Shown here piece after piece: positions 49,420 through 60,207 of a stretch of 64,000 nt of DNA (position 1 is the stretch's first letter; every line of letters begins with the position of its first letter). The notes below the pieces were generated by a model. That model was not told where the DNA came from. It saw only the letters and a list, made by a program, of their open reading frames with translations, and did no database searches. The stretch is from NCBI GenBank assembly GCA_030390025.1, contig CM059432.1:72666001-72730000 (forward strand). The letters run 5' to 3'. A program made the position numbers and the translations under genes. Origin of the DNA: Squalus acanthias. Lineage: Eukaryota.

Positions 49420-51412
49420 TGACTACTTGTGCTTTATCTTCCTCTTACGCGTGCTCCTACGTGGTGCTTCCCCTGTGGCTTCAGCAGATGTGGAGGCCCC
49501 TTGCTCACTTTCATGCTGCTCCTGCCTCGACACCTTTGGCGAGCGTCCTCTGGGGTTGCAAACCTGTGAGGGCTCGCCAACACTCTGCTGCTCCTGTGGC
49601 TATGCAGGGGCTGAGACGCCGATCTGAGTTGGGTGAGGACTCTGACCAAGGGCTCTGCAGTGGCATGGTCGTGTGAGCGCTTGGAGAGGAGCACCCACTT
49701 CCTTGTTGTCTGCCACCAACATCCCTCTCATGGGTCAGCCCCACTTCAGAGCTAGCAAGTGGCTTGACAGCACCTTGCTGCTCTTCAGGGGGGCCATGAG
49801 GACGCGTTTCTGCACTGGCAGTCCTACTCCAGAGGACTTCCATGAAGCTCTGGTTTCTCTGCTCAATAGCTGACCATCGCTCCTCCAGAGATGTCATTCT
49901 ATTCTGAACAATGACCATGTTTTCCAGACCCTGGCAACTTAGCTCCTCCATGGCCGTAGCCATCCTCTCCTCTACCGTAGCCATCCTCTCCTCTACGGTA
50001 GCCAACCTTTCCACTGAGGTAGCCATCCTTTCCACGGAGGTTGCCATCCTTTCCGTGGTGATGCGTTCATGCGCCAATGCCTCCACAAAGTCTCTGCTCA
50101 TGTTAGCGATGGATTCCTCCATCCGCTCCACACTCGCAGTGACCCTGGAGACAAAACCTGCCAGAGACTCCTGCACCTGTTCCTGGAGTTCCAGCACAGC
50201 TCTCCTTCTGGATGGACCCAGAGGCACAGGGTCGACATACAGCTGAGCCGAGCTGGGAGCGCCCTGCGACGAGGACTCTCCACTGCTGTCCCTTTCTCCA
50301 CCATCTGCTGATGCTCACTTGTGAGCTGTGATACACCAGGTGACAACACTACTCTATGTCCCAAAAGTCCCACCGAGGTGTGAGTGTCTGCGTTGGTGCT
50401 GGGCACACTTAATTCTGGTGATGCTGCACCCTCAGAGGTTGCAGCTTCCTCTGAGGAGTCTTGTGGCTCCGGCTGTTCCTCCTGGACAGTGGGGAGGGGG
50501 GCTGTCGATGGTCCTGTGGGGGAGTAAAGGAAAGAGTTAGACATGTGAGATAAACATTGCATGCACATGGAATTGTGCAGATGATCATAAGTCAATCTGT
50601 TAGAGCATCAGAATCAATATCAGTCACTCATGCAATGTCAATGAGAGAGATGAAAAACTATTCTGTCACCAGCTTGCTCTGATGCGCCCATCTGTCCGTC
50701 CCCCACTTGCGCATCCTCCTCAGCTCCCACGATCTCAAGGGCCGCCTCCTCTGCGCTGGTGAGCTGGGCTATTGAGGGTGGCTCTCCTCCGGTCTTCGCC
50801 CTTTCCCTCTTATTGTGGGCTCTCTTTTCCTGCAATGAGCGACACAAGTGGAGTTTGAGTGAGAATGAAGGAGTGAGTGTAGAGAATCCATAGCATAGAT
50901 GCTTAGAAGGACACAATGATGGAGTGAGGTCCCAAGGCCAAGGGTCCTCCCTGTGTGTTGTAAGTTGTTGTCATAGCATAACAGTGATAGGGAGTGTGAG
51001 GGCTGCATAGTCGAATCATTAAGTGAATCTGTACATAGAGAGAGAGGGAATGGTTAAGGGCGCAGGGATATAAGGGTCAAGTGGGATGTGGAGGAGGAGG
51101 TTGACAATGAAGAGTGCTGGTGCTGGGAGGCGATGGGGAGCAGATTGAGGGTCATGGTGATGTCATACTCACTTTTCCTGTGCGGAGAAGGTCATTAAAC
51201 CTCTTTCTGCACTGCAGCCAGGTTCTGCTGCACATTGATATGGCACTGACCTCCTGTGCCACTTGTAGCCACACAGCTTTGGTCTGCTGGGGAGGTTTTT
51301 TCCTCCCAGAGGAAGGAAACAGCACTTCCTTCTGAGCTCTGGTTCTCTCCACCAGAACTTGGAGGGAGTCCTCATCAAAGCGAGATGCGCACTTGGGCCT
51401 TGAGCTTGACAT
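49420..51412 (-). pseudogene. Harbinger D Myb/SANT + coiled-coil gene; exons 51412-51173, 50829-50670, 50513-~49420
   Basis: MSSSRPKCASRFDEDSLQVLVE..WLQVAQEV..RTWLQCRKRFNDL; intact GT-AG sites; frameshifts in exon 3. Confidence 0.9.
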
Positions 51413-52403
51413 CTGTGCAACACAAATCCCTCAGAAGTCTCTCCAAAAAAAGTTGTAAAGCAGAACATGAACCAAGTTTGCATGCAGGCCTTAAATGCAG
51501 CTGCAGAAATGACGTCATCAGAGGCGAGTTTCAGGACCAAAAGACTCATTGGGCCAGGGATCCCCACACACTGGAAATCAAGTGCCCAATTAGGGCAAAA
51601 CCGCTAATTTATCCCACCTCACATCGGAGGCGGGACCCGCCGACCACCTGACTCGCCCCCAACCCGCCCCCAATGACAAAATCTAGCCCATTGTTTCATT
51701 TTTTTGTCTACGGCATCATTATTGCCATCAATGGGTTTCTTATTGGGAATTCCTGTATCTGAGGTGCTGGGATGAAGAGAATAACTGAAGGTAGGTCAGG
51801 ATGCACGAGAGGTCCTTTGTGCCCACCTGTACACTTGCTTCTGCATTCAGAGACTATCAGACCTCATTTTGACAGAAGAGTAGTGCTGGCAGAGGTTTCA
51901 ACTCTCAATGTAAATTATGACAGCAGGCCTGATGGCACAGATACTTGCAAGGCCTAACTAGCCATTAAGTCAGATGGTTCTTCAGAAATACTCCAATCGT
52001 AGCACGTAATGCTTTATGTGGTACTGCATAATAGCATTCCAGGGTTATCATTAGCCAACAAAGCCCGATTAGTCACACCCACCAAGATGCCACCAATCAT
52101 ATTTCAGTAGATAGGGAGGAGCGAGGCCATGAAGGGATTTGAAAAGAAGGATGAGGATTTTAAAATTAAGGCGTTCTCGGACCGGGAGCCAGTGTAGATC
52201 ACAAGCACAGGGGTGATGGGTGAACAAGACTTGATGGGAGTTAAGATACGGGCAGCAGAGATTTGGATGAGCACAAGTTTATGAAGTTTACCTAGGTTGC
52301 GAATGGTCTGGCTCAACTTCAGACAGTTGCCAGGGATGACAGTGTTGTCTGAACATCCCACAATTCAAATATTATGCCTTTTGGGTTTCCCAGAAACCAG
52401 CAG

Positions 52404-52620
52404 TCCTCGCCAATATTTATCCCTCAATCAACATCACAAACAGATTATCTGGCCATTATCACATTGCTGTTTGTGGGAGCTTGCTGTGTGCAAATTGGCT
52501 GCCGTGTTTCCTACATTACAACAGTGACTACACTTCAAAAAGTACTTCATTGGCTGTAAAGCGCTTTGGGACGTCAGGTGGTCGCGAAAGGCGCGATATA
52601 AATGTAAGTGTTTTTTTCTT
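52404..52620 (+). mobile_element. Deu-domain SINE 3' part with L2-derived tail
   Basis: cattatcacattgctgtttgtgggagcttgctgtgtgcaaattggctgcc...ggctgtaaagcgctttgggacgtc...aaaggcgcgatataaatg; recognised from memory of AmnSINE/SacSINE-type sequence. Confidence 0.7.
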
Positions 52621-52629
52621 TCAGTATGG

Positions 52630-53290
52630 AACATAGGAACAGAAGACCATTCAGTCCCTCGAGCCTGTTCTGCCTTTCAGTTAGATCATGGCTGATCTAT
52701 ACCTCAACTCCATTTACCCACCTTTGATCTCTATCCCTTGATACCTTTCACTAATAAAAACCTGTCAATCTCAGTCTTAAAAATTTCAATTGTCCCAGCA
52801 TCCACAGCTTTTTAAGTTAGGGATTTCTACATTTATACTACACTTTGTGTAAAAAAAGTACTTCCTCATTCTACGCCTGATTGGCCGAGCTCTAATTTTA
52901 AAATTGTGCCTCCTTGTTCTGGATTCTGCTACTAGAGGAAATAGCTTCTCTGTATCTACCCTAACAAATCCTTTTAACAGCCCCTTTCAGTTAAAGGTCA
53001 ACATTACATTAGCATTTCTTACTACTTTTTGTACCTGTGCATTAGCTTTTAATGATTTGTGGAATTCCCTACCTTAAAAAGTGGTGGATGCTGGGATAAT
53101 TGAAATTTTCAAGACTGAGATTGACAGATTTTTATTAGTGAACGGTATCAAGGGATATAGATCAAAGGTGGGTAAATGGAGTTGAGGTATAGATCAGCCA
53201 TGATCTAACTGAAAGGCAGAACAGCTCGAGCGGTGTACCAGGACACCCAAATCTCTTTGCTCCTCCTAGTTTCTTGCCATTAAGAAAATA
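52630..53290 (-). mobile_element. CR1 3' fragment containing an inverted copy of its own 3' end
   Basis: Arms 52658-52830 and 53059-53230 are near-identical reverse complements. Confidence 0.85.
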
Positions 53291-53875
53291 TTTGGGGCTA
53301 GGGTCTAGGAGTATCTGGTGCGACTTGTCCTGACCTTTCCCCCGCCATCAGATGCCTTACATACGTACTTTATTTTATCTCTTTTTTAAAACCCAAGTTT
53401 TACTGTTAAAGAGCAGACAACATCTACCAAGTTGAAGGTGGGAACTGTATCTTAATAGCAATAGGTTGGGAGGATCATGGGGTTTAAGAGCACTGGACAT
53501 TCTTGAGCTTTGAGAGCACTGGAAGGTAGTACTAGATTTAGCAGAACTGGGGTGGGTCCTACTGTTTAGTGTGAGTTGATTATTTTAATCTAAAAGCTTG
53601 TTTATCCTTATCAACTGTAGCTAGATAAATAGCTAGCATAACTGTATAATTAAATGTTACTGAAAACAAATAATTGATTTGAGATTCTGTCTGAACAATT
53701 TAAGCACAGGTGTTTAATCATCCTATTTCTCACTGTATTGCTATCTGTTTTTTCTAGGATATAGCCCCTTTCTGAAATATAAAAATGAAATTCATACTTT
53801 GCTGTGAAACTTCATCTCAGCTTCCAAAATTCAGATTCCAACATTCTTAAATCATTTGGAAAAACAAACTGAAAT

Positions 53876-56858
53876 GATATAGCCTATGCAGTCCTGCCAC
53901 ATTCAGTTGTGAATGGTGGTGGATCATTAAACAAATAACGGGAGGAGGAGGCTCCATGAATATCCCCATCCTCAATGATGGTGGAGCCCAGCACGTGAGT
54001 GCAAAAGACAAGGCTGGAGCATTTGCAACCATCTTCAGCCAAAGGTGCCTCGTGGATGATCCATATCGGCCTCCTCCGGAGGTCCCCACCATCACACAAG
54101 CCAGTCTTCAGCCAATTCGATTCACTCCACGTGATATCAAGAAACGGCTGAGTGCACTGGATACAGCAAAGGCTGTGGGCCCTGACAACATCCCGGCTGT
54201 CGTGCTGAAGACTTGTGCTCCAGAACTAGCCACGCCTCTACAGCTACAACACTGGCATCTATCCGACAATGTGGAAAACTGCCCAGGTATGTCCTGTCCA
54301 CAAAAAGCAGGAAAAATCCAATCCAGCCAATTACCGCCCCATCAGTCTACTCTCAATCATCAGCAAAGTGATGGAAGGTGTCATCGACAGTGCTATCAAG
54401 TGGCAGTTACCCACCAATAACCTGCTCACTGATGCCCAGTTTGGGTTCCGCCGGGACCACTTGGCTCCCGACCTCATTACAGCCTTGCATAAGAGATTAG
54501 CATGCAAAGTTAAAGCACATGGGATTGGGGGTAAGGTACTGATTTGGATAGAAAACTGGTTGGCAGACAGGAAGCAAGCAAAGAGTTGGAATAAACGGGT
54601 CTTTTTCCGAGTGGCAGGCAGTGACTAGTGGGGTACCGCAGGGATTGGTGCTAGGACCCCAATTATTCACAATATATATTAATTATCTAGACGAGGGAAC
54701 TAGATGTAATATCTCCAAGTTTGCAGACGACACAAAGCTGGGTGGGTGTGTGTGCTGTGAGGAGGATGCCGAGAAACTCCAGTATGATTTGGACAGGTTG
54801 GGTGATTGGGCAGATGCATGGCAGATGCAGTATAATGTGGATAAATGCGAGGTTATCCACTTTGGTGGCAAAAACAGGAAGGCAGATTATTATCTGAACG
54901 GCAATAGATTGGGAAAAGGGGAAGTGCAACGAGACCTGGGTGTCCTTGTGCACCAGTCGCTGAAGGTAAGCATGCAGGTGCAGCAGGCGGTTAAGAAGGC
55001 AAATGGTGTGTTGGCCTTCATAGCGAGAGGATTCGAGTACAGGAGCAAGGAGGTCTTGCTGCAGTTGTACAGGGCTTTGGTGATACCACACCTTGAGTAT
55101 TGTGTGCAGTTTTGGTCGCCTTATCTGAGGAAGGATGTTCTTGCCATGGAGGGAGTGCAGCGAAGATTCACCAGACTGATACCTGGGATGGCAGGAATGA
55201 TGTATGAAGAGAGATTGGGTCGACTGGGCTTGTATTCGCTAGAGTTTAGAAGAATGAGAGGGGATCTCATTGAAACTTATAAAATTCTAACAGGACTAGA
55301 CAGACTAGATGCAGGAAGGATGTTCCCGATGGCGGGGGAGTCCAGAACCAGGGGTCACAGTCTAAGGATAAGGGGTAAGCTATTTAGGACTGAGATGAGG
55401 AGGAATTTCTTCACCCAAAGAGTGGTGAACCTGTGGAATTCTCTACCACAGAAGGCAGTTGAGGCCAATTCATTAAATATATTCAAGAAGGAGTTAGATA
55501 TATTTCTTAAGGCTAAGGGGATCAAGGGATATGGGGAGAAAGCAGGGGCAGGGTACTGAATTTGGATGATCAGCCATGATCGTATTGAATGGCGGAGCAG
55601 GCTCGAGGGGCCGAATGGCCTACTCCTGCTCCTATCTTCTATGTTTCTATGGTCCAAACATGGACAAAGGAGCCGAATTCCAGACGTGAGGAGAGAGTGA
55701 CTGCCCAAGGCAGCATTTGACCAAGTGTGGCATGCAGGAGCCCTAGTAAAACTGAAGTCAATATGAATTGGGGGGAAATCTCTCCATTGGCTGGAGTCAT
55801 ACCTAGCACAAAGGAAGATGGTTGTGGTGGTTGGAGGTCAATCATCACAGCCCCAGGACATCGCTGCAGGAGTTCCTAAAGGCAGTGTCCTAGGCCCAAC
55901 CATCTTCAGCTGCTTCATCAATGATCTTCCCTCCAACAATAGGTCAGAAATGGGGATGTTCGCTGATGACTGCACAGTGTTCAGCGCCATTCACAACTCC
56001 TCAGATAATGAAGCAGTCCATGCCCGCATCCAACAAGACCTGGACGACGTTCAGGCTTGGGCTAATAAGTGGCAGGTAACAGTTGCGCCACACAAGTGCC
56101 AGGCAATGACTGTCTCCAACAAGCGAGAGTCCAACCACCGCCCCTTGACATTCAACGACCTTACCATCACCAAATCCCCCACCATCAACATCCTGGGGGG
56201 TCACCATTGACCAGAAACTTAACTGGACCAGCCACATAAATACTGTGGCAACAATAGCAGGTCAGAGGCTAGGTATTCTGCGGCGAGTGTCTCACTTCCT
56301 GACTCCCCAAAGGCTTTCCACCATCTACAAGGCACAAGTAAGGAGTGTGATGGAATACTCTCCACTTGCCTGGATGAATACAGCTCCAACAACACTCAAG
56401 AAGCTCGACACCATCCAGGACAAAGCAGCCCGCTTGATTGGCGCCCCATGCACCACCTTAAACATTCACTCCCTCCACCACCGGCGTACCGTGGCTGCAG
56501 TGTGTACCATCTACAAGATGCACTGCAGCAACTCGCCAAGGCTTCTTCGGCAGCACCTCCCAAACCCGCGACCTCTTCCACCTAGAAGGACAAGGTCAGC
56601 AGACGCATGTGAACACCACCACCTCCAAGTTCCCCTCCAAATCACACACCATCCTGACCTGGAAGTATATCGCTGTTCCTTCATTTTCACTGGGTCAAAA
56701 TCCTGGAACTCCCTCCCTGACAGCACTGTGGGAGTACCTTCACCACACGGACTGCAGCGGTTCAAGAAGGCGGCTCACCACCACCTTCTCAAGGGCAATT
56801 AGGGATGGGCAATAAATGCTGGCGTTGCCAGCAACAGCCACATCCCATGAACGAAAAA
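53876..56858 (+). mobile_element. 5'-truncated CR1/L2-group LINE of a second family, split by a CR1 insertion
   Basis: KAVGPDNIP, NYRPISLLS, AGVPKGSVLGP, MFADD; 3' tail gggcaattagggatgggcaataaatgctggc...catcccatgaacgaaaaaag. Confidence 0.88.
54488..55651 (+). mobile_element. 5'-truncated CR1 LINE nested in the previous LINE
   Basis: ORF 54621-55559 ([21 protein letters not shown]); tail ggcctactcctgctcctatcttctatgtttctatg; host frame LITAL|VQTWTKE is restored on removal. Confidence 0.93.
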
Positions 56859-57599
56859 AGTATCAAGTTTCTCACTGAGAAAAGTGTATATTCAGTAGAT
56901 TGTATTTGTTTTAGAATTCAAATATTATAAAAATAGATGCATACAATCAATACACTCCACAATGCATTAAATCCTTGTGTGGTGCTCATTATTTAAATTC
57001 CTCTCTGCACGCCAAAACAATGCTGGATACCAGGAGCACGCAGGCATTTACGTATCCTTCGAATCCACCTGCCCATACTTCAGCAGATGCAATGTGCATT
57101 CTCTGTCACTGCCGGCATAACTCCAGCGGAAAATCTGCCCCTCTGTTACTCAGGGAGCCTCCCTGTTTGAAGTTTTGATTGTGAACGTTTTCTCTGGGAA
57201 AAAAACTTTTGAAATTTGTCCAACTTTTCTTTAAATTACTAACAGACTCCCAGTGGTATTGCTTATGAGTCAGTTGCTGTTTTATAGCAATAAGCATTCT
57301 ATTACATGTTTACATGCAATGTATTATCAAGACCACCAAGTCGAATTCCCTTTTATTACAAAGTATTTGTATTAAGGATCAAATCCCCTCGTTGTTCAGT
57401 GTTCTGTGAAAACCATAAATGAGTGGCCTATATACACACATTATGTAACATATATACACATACTTAAGTGGGTGTTGGATACATTACTCACACGCGCCTG
57501 ATAACCTGTTTACAAGTCAAATCGAGACTCGAATGATGACGAGAAAACCATTAACATTACACCATTAACAGTACACAAGAAAACCAGGTGACGACCCTG

Positions 57600-58350
57600 C
57601 GGTGGATTCTTCTGAGGCAGTGGGATTAAACAATCCCCTTTACTTATTTGTGAGGCCATTTCTGAGAGTGTTGACAGTGAGACTGGCCATTTACGGAGAT
57701 ATTGGCTACAGGCTCTGCAGCTATTTCTTCTCCATGTTATAGCTCCCAAGTCGCTGACGGTCGGGCTCCCTCCAGCTCCTCGCCCGCCCGTTGCTAAGGG
57801 GCCTCCTAGGCGTTGCTAAGGGCGATGTGAGCGTGCCAGCTGCCGCCTGTTTCCGTGACGCGCTTCCTTCCGCTGTCTCGAGTCGCGTCACGAGACGGTG
57901 CAACAGTCGAAGTGAGAGAAGGAAGGCACGACGTTTGTTCAGCGAGCCAGAGCCGGCGCACCTCCGTCAGCCCGTCCCAACCCGCCCAGCTCATCTCCGC
58001 TCAGGTGAGGCGAGGTGCTCTGAATCTACCATCACCTCTTTGTTAAAAAATAACATTCTCTCCGGTACCCGGAGGGCACCGTTCTGTCTAAAGAAACCGT
58101 CTGTAGTCGTATCAATGAACATTGGGCCACGACATCCGAGAGAAAAAATTAACTAGTTTAAATTACGGGCCCTCGACTCGCGGCCCCCTATAACGGGGTA
58201 CCGCAGTCGCGGAGGAGCGGTTCGTGATTTTCGATTGAACGGGAAGGTCCCGAGTGGAGCTTGAGCTCCAATCCCCGCCCCCGCCCGCTTGGCGCTGACG
58301 TCATTGGGTGATTGACCGCCAGTGGTGAGTAATGGAACCGGGCGCTGTAC
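57600..58350. promoter_or_regulatory. CpG-island promoter, probably bidirectional, of an unidentified neighbouring gene
   Basis: CpG-rich stretch not matching any repeat in the window; two X-box-like GTTGCTAAGGG motifs (57790, 57812); ETS-like TTCCG; inverted CGTGACGCG/CGCGTCACG; CCAAT 58268, GC boxes, CRE TGACGTCA 58296-58303; strong donor CAG|GTGAGG at 58004/5. Confidence 0.78.
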
Positions 58351-58655
58351 GTGTCTTACACAAAACTAGGTACCTGAAACGTTAACTCTCTTTCTCTCTC
58401 CACGGATGCTGCCTGGCCTGCTGAGTTTTTCCAGCGTTTTCTGTTGTTATTTAGGTACTGTAGGTGCTGGCAATCTGAAACGAAAGCAAAAATCGCTTCA
58501 AACCCTCAGCAGGTCTGTGGAGAAAACAAAAGTCAACGCTTCGAGTATAACCCCTCCCTCAGAACTGGAAGAAACTACAAATGAGTAACATTTAAAAAGG
58601 AACAGGGCAAATGAAAGCAGAAAAAAAGGACAAGACACACAAGGCAAAAATAATT

Positions 58656-59592
58656 AGCCCGGAATTTGCTGTGGGTAATCTTCTTCTTAGACAGTCCCTC
58701 GGAACCGAGGATGACTTGCTTCCACATTAAAAATGAGTTCTCAGGTGACTGATGAGTCAAATACGGGACCTACAGTCTCTGTCACAGGTGGGGCAGACGG
58801 TGATTGAAGGAGCAGGTGGGTGGGGTGCTTGGGTTGACGTGCGCTCCTTGCGCTTGGCTTCCGCTTGCTCCCGGCGAAGAGACTTGAGGTGTTCGGCGCC
58901 TTCCCGATGCTTCTCCACTTTTTGCGGTCTTGGGCCAGGGATTCCCAGATGTCGGTGGGGACGTTGCACTTTTTCAAGGAGGCTTTGAGGGTGTCCTTGA
59001 AGCGTTTCCTCTGCCCACCTGGGGCTCTCTTGCCGTGCCGGAGCTCCGAGTAGAGCGCTTGTTTTGGGAGTCTCGTATCGGGCATGCGGACAATGTGACC
59101 CATCCATCGGAGTTGATCGAGCGTGGTCAAAGCTTCGCAGCTATTACCCCTTTGAAACTGACCGCAACTTCAGGATTTAGCGCACGCGCCTCTAAACGTG
59201 AAAATCCTGAAGTTGCGGTCAGTCATTGACTGCTTCGACACTGGCTGCACTGTGGCCCCTCCCCCATAGCCGCCAATCAATGTAATCAGTGAAACTGATG
59301 AAAACTTGGACTTTTCCGCAGTAATATCGCTGTTAAGTACCCCATTAAATGTTAGGCCTTCTTGGATTAGGTGTAACTGGGGTTTTAACAGCGTATTGAC
59401 TGCTAAACAAAGGTTATGGCCCTGAAAAACGAATTTTAATTTTGTGGAGTGTCCTATATATTGCACTGAGATCACTTGTGCGTCGAAAAAGGCAAACGTC
59501 TTGCCACAGAAATCACAAGATCTTTGTGGGCAGCTTTCTTCGGGGCCAGCGGCGAACGCCTTTGCTTTGCCACTGACCGCAAATTCCAGGCC
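58656..59592. mobile_element. Harbinger-type MITE carrying an RTE 3' fragment (-, ~58681-59135)
   Basis: Ends gcccggaatttgc / gcaaattccaggcc; the RTE piece is closely similar to 7512-7980 (QLRWMGHIVRMPDTRLPKQALYSEL). Confidence 0.8.
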
Positions 59593-60207
59593 ATAGAATG
59601 TCTTGTAAAATGCTTAGGTGGTGAACAGGAGATGGCTAAATAGTAGTAGTGACATTTGCATGAGAAAAATCAAAGAAAGAAAGTTTGTGTGAATAACTAA
59701 AGGAGTGCAGCAAAGTTCTGTTCCTTGAGCTTCACTGGAACAGTGTAGAAGACCAAAGTCAAAGAGGTGGGAGAGGGATGAATAATTGAAGTAGCAAGCG
59801 ACAGGTAGCTTGAGCTCGCATTTCCAGACAGAATGGATGTATTCAGCAAAGTGATTACCTAATCTATGTTTGGTCTCCCCGATATAGAGGAGACTACACT
59901 GTGAGTAGCAATGTTGTATACTTGGTTAAACTGTTGCCTTACCTGGAAAAGTTGTTTGGGGACCTGGGCAGTGGTGTGGGAGAATGTGAATGGGCAAGTG
60001 TTGCATCTTCTGTGCTTGCAGGGAAGGAGAGTAGATGGTAGGTGTGATGGAAGCGTTAACCAGGTTGTGACAGAGGGAATGGTCGCTTTGGCATGTTGCG
60101 AGGGGAGGGGAAGATGTGTTTGTTGGGATTGTATTGGAGATGGCAAAAGATGATCTGTCGAATGTAGAAGCTAGTGGTGTGGAAGGTGAGGACAAGTGGG
60201 GCCTTAC

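Larger units (their letters stand above)
47583..51689. mobile_element. Harbinger element D, near full length
   Basis: att|gggctggattttgcca ... tgacaaaatctagccc|att (TSD ATT); convergent transposase (+) and Myb (-). Confidence 0.95.

Noticed and set aside
53790..53885. Minus-strand coding exon 2 for the ATG at 57690
   Set aside because: Splice-like sites exist, but the required frame hits TAA within a few codons.
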